Positions 37,309 through 42,538 of a stretch of 42,538 nt of DNA are shown one piece after another. The stretch's first letter is position 1; the number at the start of each line of letters is the position of its first letter. The DNA is from Akkermansiaceae bacterium. GTDB taxonomy: Bacteria > Verrucomicrobiota > Verrucomicrobiia > Verrucomicrobiales > Akkermansiaceae. The notes beneath the pieces were generated by a model that ran no database searches, was not told the DNA's origin, and saw only the letters and a program-made list of their open reading frames with translations. The stretch lies in the NCBI GenBank assembly GCA_051251915.1, contig JBPOGF010000026.1, forward strand, positions 1-42,538, read 5' to 3'. Both the position numbers and the translations under genes were made by a program.

Positions 37309-40300
37309 TTAAGAAATGCCAGAAGCGATTTTAGCCTCATTGAAAAACTCGTGAGTGGTGGGGCTGTGTAGTTGCCATGTTATAGCGATAGGTCTATTTC
37401 CTGTAGCATTTACAAATTCTGCTTCGCCGAGATATAGATACGGACTGGTTAGTTTGCCTTCTGCTTTTCTCATTCTAGCAAAAAAGTGAACTTTATAGCC
37501 GTTACTATTTTGTTGTAAATAGTTTCTGCCTGTTTGGCTGTTTTGTGTGACGCTGGATTGACTTTCCCAGTGTAAGGTATTTCTAGAACTTAGGAAATCT
37601 CGGTATCTATTTGCTTCTGCAAATAATTTCTCATCTTTATCAAACGTGATAAAGTGAATGTATGTCTTCTCATCTTTGATAGAAACTACACCTGTTCCTG
37701 CTGGACCAGAGGTGTCTATTGTCGCTTTTCCGAATGCGGCTGTGATTTCTCGCATTGAGTAGGTAGCGTGAATTCTTAGTGTAGAATGTGAGTTTATTTT
37801 GTTTGGTAAGTTGGGGAGTTGTTGTGACTTCGCATAAGCTAAGACCTCTTTCAGGTCACCTAAATATCTGAGGTTTTTACGAATGGCGGTAAAGGCCTCT
37901 TTGTATGTTGTGAAATTTAGATCCTTGCCGGGTTTATTCCATATGAGATAGTATGCAGGGGCTGTATATTTGTTGGTTTCAAGTAGAAGAGATAGTTCCT
38001 TATCCGAAGCATCAAGAATAGTTATTAGGAACTCAATAAACAGAGGGTCATTTGTTAAGCTAACACGGGGTAATGATTTTAGCTCTGGTGTAGGTATGTC
38101 AATATTCTGAATTGTTTCGAAATCAGCTAGATCTTTCCAATCACTCCAAGTGCGCTTTGATAGTAATTCTATAGTGCATTCATCTGTGTCCTTGATGAAC
38201 TTAGAGAAGGTAGGGGGATCAGTATAGTTGGAGAACTGATCTAGTACTCTAGTTTCGATGTTACTGTATGTCTGGCGAAGGTTCTTGAGTATGTATTCTT
38301 TTGCTGCTTTTTCGAAGTGGATATAACTACCTGCTGGTAGATGAGGGAAACCGTGTTCTATTTCTTTTCTTAGGTCATTGCGTTTACCTGGTAATAAGGA
38401 TTTTAACCTTAAGTCAAATCGGAATTTATTATGCACAGCTCCTACGAAATCGAGGACGATTAATTGATCTTTTTCTTTATGGTTTCTGAGTCCACGACCT
38501 AATTGCTGAAGGAAGACAACATGACTTTCTGTTGGTCTTAGAAATAGGATGGCGTTCACTTCTGGAATATCCACACCTTCATTGAATAGGTCTACTGTGA
38601 AGATGAAGTTGATTTCTCCAGTTCTTAATCTCTGTCTAGCGTTGTCGCGAATCTCATCGCTAGAGTTGGCATCTAGTGAAATTGAGTTAATTCCAGCTTT
38701 AGTGAATTGCGTAGCCATTTCGGATGCGTGTCTTTGACTGACACAGAAACCTAGCGCTTTTAGATTGTCTCTATCGAAATCCTCCGCGTTGAGTGGAGCA
38801 GGGAAATACTCGACGATTTTGTTGATGATTAGGTTGATGCGAGCGGTGTTGCCTGTTAAAATGTTGCTTAGCTCTTTTGAATCATAACGGCCTTGCTTCC
38901 AAGAGATACGTGAAAAGTCGACAGTGTGATCGGCTATGGCATAGTAATGGAACGGACAAAGTAACTTTTGTTGAAGTGCATCAGGGAGTCTTATTTCTGC
39001 AGCTATTGGTGAATCGAAATCTTCAGCAATGGAAGTGCCGTCGGTTCTTTCAGGTGTGGCTGTTAGGCCTAGTAAAATCTTTGGTTTGAGATTCGTTAAA
39101 ATTTCTCGGTAGCTGGAAGCTTTTCCATGATGAGCTTCGTCTAAGATGACGATATCCCAGAAATCTACTCCTAGTTCTTCAATTAATTTGCGGTTATTAA
39201 AGCTTTTGACTGAAGCAAATAGATAGTCGTAGCTGTCTGGAGACTTACCAGAGTGCAGTTCTTCACCAAAACTGCCATCGGCTAGGACATGTCTAAAGGA
39301 ATCACGAGATTGATTTAGGAGTTCTTTTCTATGGGCTAAAAATAGTAGTTTAGGTCTACGGCCACGTAAGCATTGTTGCTTGTAATCAAAGGCGGCAATC
39401 ATGGTTTTACCCGTTCCTGTTGCAGCGACGACAAGGTTTCTAAATTGAGCTCTTTCGACACGTGCTTCTTGTAGTTCATCGAGGACTATTTTTTGGTGTT
39501 CGTATGGGCGGAACTCGAAAACGGTTAGTTTAGTTGTATCTGAAAAAGAGCCTCGTTCTACTTTAGTGGCTTGGATTAAAAACTCTTTATCTTTTTCAGT
39601 ATAGGACTTGAATGCATCTGATTCCCAATAAGTTTCGAATTGTGCTGCGCACCTACGGAATAAGCTAGGCAACTCTTTTAGTGGTAATTTAACTGTCCAT
39701 TCTAATCCGCTAGTCATGGCCGCATGAGATAAGTTTGCTGAACCAATGTATGCACAGCTATGTCCACTATTTCTATGGATGAAGTAAGCTTTAGCGTGTA
39801 GGCGAGAATGCTTTGTATCATAACTAATTTTCACCTCTGTATTTGATAGTGATTTAAGCTTTTCAATAGCGCTAGGGTCGGAAGCTCCTAGATAGGTGGT
39901 GGTGATAATGCGTAATTTACCTCCACGATCTGTAAAATCCTTTAGGGCAGGGAAAATGAGGTTTGTCCCTGCAGACTTGATAAATGAAACAAGCATGTCG
40001 ACTCTATCTGCACTCGCGAATTCTAACTCTAGTTCCTTTCCTAGTTGAGGGCTTCCGGCTGATCCGGTAAAGAGTGATGGTGTAATAAGAGGGGTTGATG
40101 GACGTTCGAGTGGTGTGCTGTTGTTCGAAATCTCTGTGAGCAAGTTGTCATTATCAGCGCTAAATTTTTCTTCGGAAAGAAACTCTAACTTCTCGTCTTC
40201 GGCAGCTATTAGATCGATTATTTTATTAGCTAAGTCTCTTTGCTTGTGGGAGCTTTTATTATCTTTAATAATAGAAAAGGCTTTGAGAATATGCTCAGAA

Positions 40301-40449
40301 AGGGTTCTAGTCAGATAATCGGGCGTTAGTGATAGCTCTGCAGGTTTGATGTCATATTGTAAACTACCTACGGCAAGTTCTTTGATTTTGTTTTTTAGAG
40401 AATTAGTAAGAAGATCCTCGTAAATTCCTTGGCTTAGCTTTTCTGACAT
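37309..40449 (-). CDS. PLD nuclease - SF2 helicase - DUF3427 protein (SauUSI-like, putative modification-dependent type IV restriction enzyme)
   Basis: RLHAKAY...GSANLS (PLD/HKD-like), ATGTGKT, DEAHH, GLTATPER, DLFNEGVDIP, QQLGRGLR, C-terminal LHWESQS (DUF3427). Confidence 0.88.
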   Translation of the reverse strand: MSEKLSQGIYEDLLTNSLKNKIKELAVGSLQYDIKPAELSLTPDYLTRTLSEHILKAFSIIKDNKSSHKQRDLANKIIDLIAAEDEKLEFLSEEKFSADNDNLLTEISNNSTPLERPSTPLITPSLFTGSAGSPQLGKELELEFASADRVDMLVSFIKSAGTNLIFPALKDFTDRGGKLRIITTTYLGASDPSAIEKLKSLSNTEVKISYDTKHSRLHAKAYFIHRNSGHSCAYIGSANLSHAAMTSGLEWTVKLPLKELPSLFRRCAAQFETYWESDAFKSYTEKDKEFLIQATKVERGSFSDTTKLTVFEFRPYEHQKIVLDELQEARVERAQFRNLVVAATGTGKTMIAAFDYKQQCLRGRRPKLLFLAHRKELLNQSRDSFRHVLADGSFGEELHSGKSPDSYDYLFASVKSFNNRKLIEELGVDFWDIVILDEAHHGKASSYREILTNLKPKILLGLTATPERTDGTSIAEDFDSPIAAEIRLPDALQQKLLCPFHYYAIADHTVDFSRISWKQGRYDSKELSNILTGNTARINLIINKIVEYFPAPLNAEDFDRDNLKALGFCVSQRHASEMATQFTKAGINSISLDANSSDEIRDNARQRLRTGEINFIFTVDLFNEGVDIPEVNAILFLRPTESHVVFLQQLGRGLRNHKEKDQLIVLDFVGAVHNKFRFDLRLKSLLPGKRNDLRKEIEHGFPHLPAGSYIHFEKAAKEYILKNLRQTYSNIETRVLDQFSNYTDPPTFSKFIKDTDECTIELLSKRTWSDWKDLADFETIQNIDIPTPELKSLPRVSLTNDPLFIEFLITILDASDKELSLLLETNKYTAPAYYLIWNKPGKDLNFTTYKEAFTAIRKNLRYLGDLKEVLAYAKSQQLPNLPNKINSHSTLRIHATYSMREITAAFGKATIDTSGPAGTGVVSIKDEKTYIHFITFDKDEKLFAEANRYRDFLSSRNTLHWESQSSVTQNSQTGRNYLQQNSNGYKVHFFARMRKAEGKLTSPYLYLGEAEFVNATGNRPIAITWQLHSPTTHEFFNEAKIASGIS

Positions 40450-40511
40450 ACTCCGATACTGATGGCCGGAAAGTATTCTTCAACTAAGAAGAGTATAAAA
40501 AAATCAATATA

Positions 40512-41054
40512 ATGGAAATGAGGTATTATAGTCCGTTGACTGATATTTATTCAGAGATGTATTATGTGGGGATGGACAAATATATCAAAGACCTGCGATT
40601 AGGTGTGAACGAATTAGAACTACTGGATGAACTTTTATGCGCTAGTGTCAGGCGATTAAAATCCGAGCTTCACGAGGTGGAGAATGGAGATGGCTCGATT
40701 TCTGAATGTTGCGACTTCGAATTTGAAAGTGAGATAGATGCTGAGTATTATCTGGAACTGATGGAGGGGGTGGGATGTAAACTTGGTGTGCTTCAGTCTG
40801 AGTTAAACAGGAATCAGGTTACTTATATTGAGCAAACTACGATGTTTAGGATGGAGCAGATTGTTTATGTGTATCAAGTGAGTGGAAGGGTAATTGACCA
40901 GTTAGTATACGTCTTTCGGTGTCGGCATGGTTCTCATTATGTGTATTTGTCTCTAGAACCTTTAATTGCTAGTTTTAGTAAAGGGCATGAGTCTGAGCAT
41001 CATTTTGGTTGTGAGAAAGAAGTAGAACACTTTTTGCGTTATTGGCAGGGGTAA
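40512..41054 (+). CDS. Hypothetical protein
   Basis: 180-aa ORF (start possibly 40572, MDKYIK), acidic, divergent from the helicase gene; no family recognised. Confidence 0.6.
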   Translation: MEMRYYSPLTDIYSEMYYVGMDKYIKDLRLGVNELELLDELLCASVRRLKSELHEVENGDGSISECCDFEFESEIDAEYYLELMEGVGCKLGVLQSELNRNQVTYIEQTTMFRMEQIVYVYQVSGRVIDQLVYVFRCRHGSHYVYLSLEPLIASFSKGHESEHHFGCEKEVEHFLRYWQG

Positions 41055-41064
41055 GTTTCATCCC

Positions 41065-41907
41065 TTATACAATACAGACTTTTTCTAGCTGGTGGGTGAC
41101 TTGTTGTCTGACTTGAGGGGAGATGATCTCAGGGCCTTGGAGGAGGTATTGTAATCCTTTTTCGTTCATGACGTTGAAATCTTTTGATTTGTTGATGACG
41201 TACCAGCCTGGTAGGGCGAGGACGGGGATGACGTTGAGGGGTGAGCCGGTGGAGCCTGTGAGTTCTTTGGCTAGGTGTGTGGCTTGGCGTTTGGCTTGGT
41301 CTATTCCGTAGGTGTCTACGGCGTATGGGTAGGTTAGGGTGCCGTCTTCATGGGTGACTTGGTGTCCTTTTTTGTCGTCGTGGTAGTGTTTCTTGCTGCG
41401 GGTTTTTGTTTCGATGGCGAAGATGCCTGTGGGAGCGACTATGATGTGGTCGATGTTCCAAGGTTTCTTTCCTTTTTCGTGGACGTAGTAGTCATGGAAG
41501 ATTTTGACTTGGTCTGTGGATAGTCTGTCTAGTGTGATGCCGACGAGTTGCTCTCCTTTGAGGCCTAGTAAATGCGCTCCATATCTCTTGGATATCTTTA
41601 GCGTTTTTATAATGATGATTATGATGCCAATGATAGAGAGGGCCGATATTATCCATTTTATAGATGGTTTATCATGAGCTGTTAAGGGTGTTATGGCTAA
41701 TAGTGTTAGGAGAAATAGACTGAATGTGAGATCTAGAAATAGATTCTCAGTTCTTTTTTGTAGGGAGTGGCCAGCAGGTCTGGGACGGGTTACGAAGGGT
41801 TCTTTGAACGCGGTGGTGTGCTTGTTTCTAGCGCAGTAAATTAGATAGAAAACAGTAGCAAATGAGATAACAAGGATTGCAATGGTAAAGAAATAATGAG
41901 CAGTCAT
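41065..41907 (-). CDS. NERD protein with three N-terminal TM helices
   Basis: RPAGHSL, GLKGEQLVG, NIDHIIVAPTGIFAIETK, QAKRQA, LALPGW. Confidence 0.88.
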   Translation of the reverse strand: MTAHYFFTIAILVISFATVFYLIYCARNKHTTAFKEPFVTRPRPAGHSLQKRTENLFLDLTFSLFLLTLLAITPLTAHDKPSIKWIISALSIIGIIIIIIKTLKISKRYGAHLLGLKGEQLVGITLDRLSTDQVKIFHDYYVHEKGKKPWNIDHIIVAPTGIFAIETKTRSKKHYHDDKKGHQVTHEDGTLTYPYAVDTYGIDQAKRQATHLAKELTGSTGSPLNVIPVLALPGWYVINKSKDFNVMNEKGLQYLLQGPEIISPQVRQQVTHQLEKVCIV

Positions 41908-41980
41908 GAATATGCAAAATGTTAGATTTTTTTTCTCTGAGTTAAAGAAAATAGAGTGAGAAAGTTTTACTAGATGCTGT

Positions 41981-42538
41981 TTTCCTCCGTGCCTACAGCA
42001 CGGTATGGACTTACGAGGGAGGACCTACGACTGAAGTCGCAGGCTTTGCAGACTTTCTCCCTTCAGGAGCTGGGAGGTTTGAATTATGTCGCGTATAACG
42101 GCGGGGACCGCACGCGATTGTTTTTTTAAGGGGGCATGAGGATAGGTCAGGCTTTCAGCCCTCTTTTTTTTGGGGGTGATGAATGACCCATGGCTGCGCT
42201 TTGCTGACCATGGGCTGGAGTATGTGTCACCCTTTCAGGGCTGGTGGGGAGAGCTTCGCTTGAATTTTGGATTTCCTCCGTGCCTTCAGCACGGTTTGGG
42301 TTTAGGGGGGACCTACGAATGAAGTCGCAGGCTTTGTAGACTTTCTCCTTTCAGGAGATGGGAGGTTTGAATTATGTCGCGTATAACGGCGGGGGCCGCA
42401 CGCGATTGTTTTTTTAAGGGGGCATGAGGATAGGTCAGGCTTTCAGCCCTCTTTTTTTTTTGGGTGATGAATGACCCATGGCTGCGCTTTGCTGACCATG
42501 GGCTGGAGTATGTGTCACCCTTTCAGGGCTGGTGGGGA
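41981..42538. repeat. ~288-291-bp tandem duplication, each unit holding two REPIN-like triple-hairpin elements
   Basis: Unit 1 from 41981, unit 2 from 42272 to the window end. Hairpins in unit 1: CCGTGCCTACAGCACGG (41987), CCTACGACTGAAGTCGCAGG (42024), CTCCCTTCAGGAG (42057), GGCTTTCAGCC (42150), CCCATGG...CCATGGG (42187-42214), CCCTTTCAGGG (42230). Confidence 0.9.

Noticed and set aside
36113..42407. Integron attC sites suggested by the recurring CGTATAAC motif near NERD genes
   Set aside because: No matching GTTRRRY end with an extended imperfect palindrome, the motif is not positioned right after stop codons, and there is no integrase.
1..42538. tRNA, rRNA, transposase, integrase or prophage genes
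   Set aside because: No cloverleaf or rRNA-like segments and no DDE, HUH, recombinase or phage structural motifs recognised by eye.

Overview
Bacterial chromosomal window, most likely from a marine Verrucomicrobiota member (Rubritalea/Akkermansiaceae-like). This is inferred from the PEP-CTERM tail VPEPSSTALLGLGGLALILRRRK, the sulfatase cluster and the style of the secreted proteins. In order, it holds: two PEP-CTERM/LamG-type secreted proteins; three formylglycine sulfatases; a TlpA-like redoxin; a stand-alone C25 (gingipain-like) peptidase; a complete Wadjet/MksBEFG locus (jetA-jetB-jetC...jetD, minus strand) with a Schlafen/AlbA_2-HATPase-wHTH gene sitting between jetC and jetD; a 1284-aa LamG/PQQ-propeller/diheme cytochrome c protein; cdsA-dxr; an ABC-F ATPase; a Doc/AbrB toxin-antitoxin pair with a palindromic operator; argG; a DEAD-box RNA helicase; and a SauUSI-like PLD-SF2 helicase-DUF3427 nuclease near two NERD genes. 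The non-coding DNA is unusually structured. It contains about 28 co-oriented modules of the form T-run + ACC + three copies of a 9-10-nt core, arranged in ~1 kb mosaic arrays with higher-order duplications (289/298 and 375 bp). It also has heptamer repeats at several gene starts and REP/REPIN-like triple-hairpin elements, with a REP-like hairpin apparently in frame inside dxr. No rRNA, tRNA, CRISPR array or transposase was found. All family assignments come from motif recognition by eye, not database searches.
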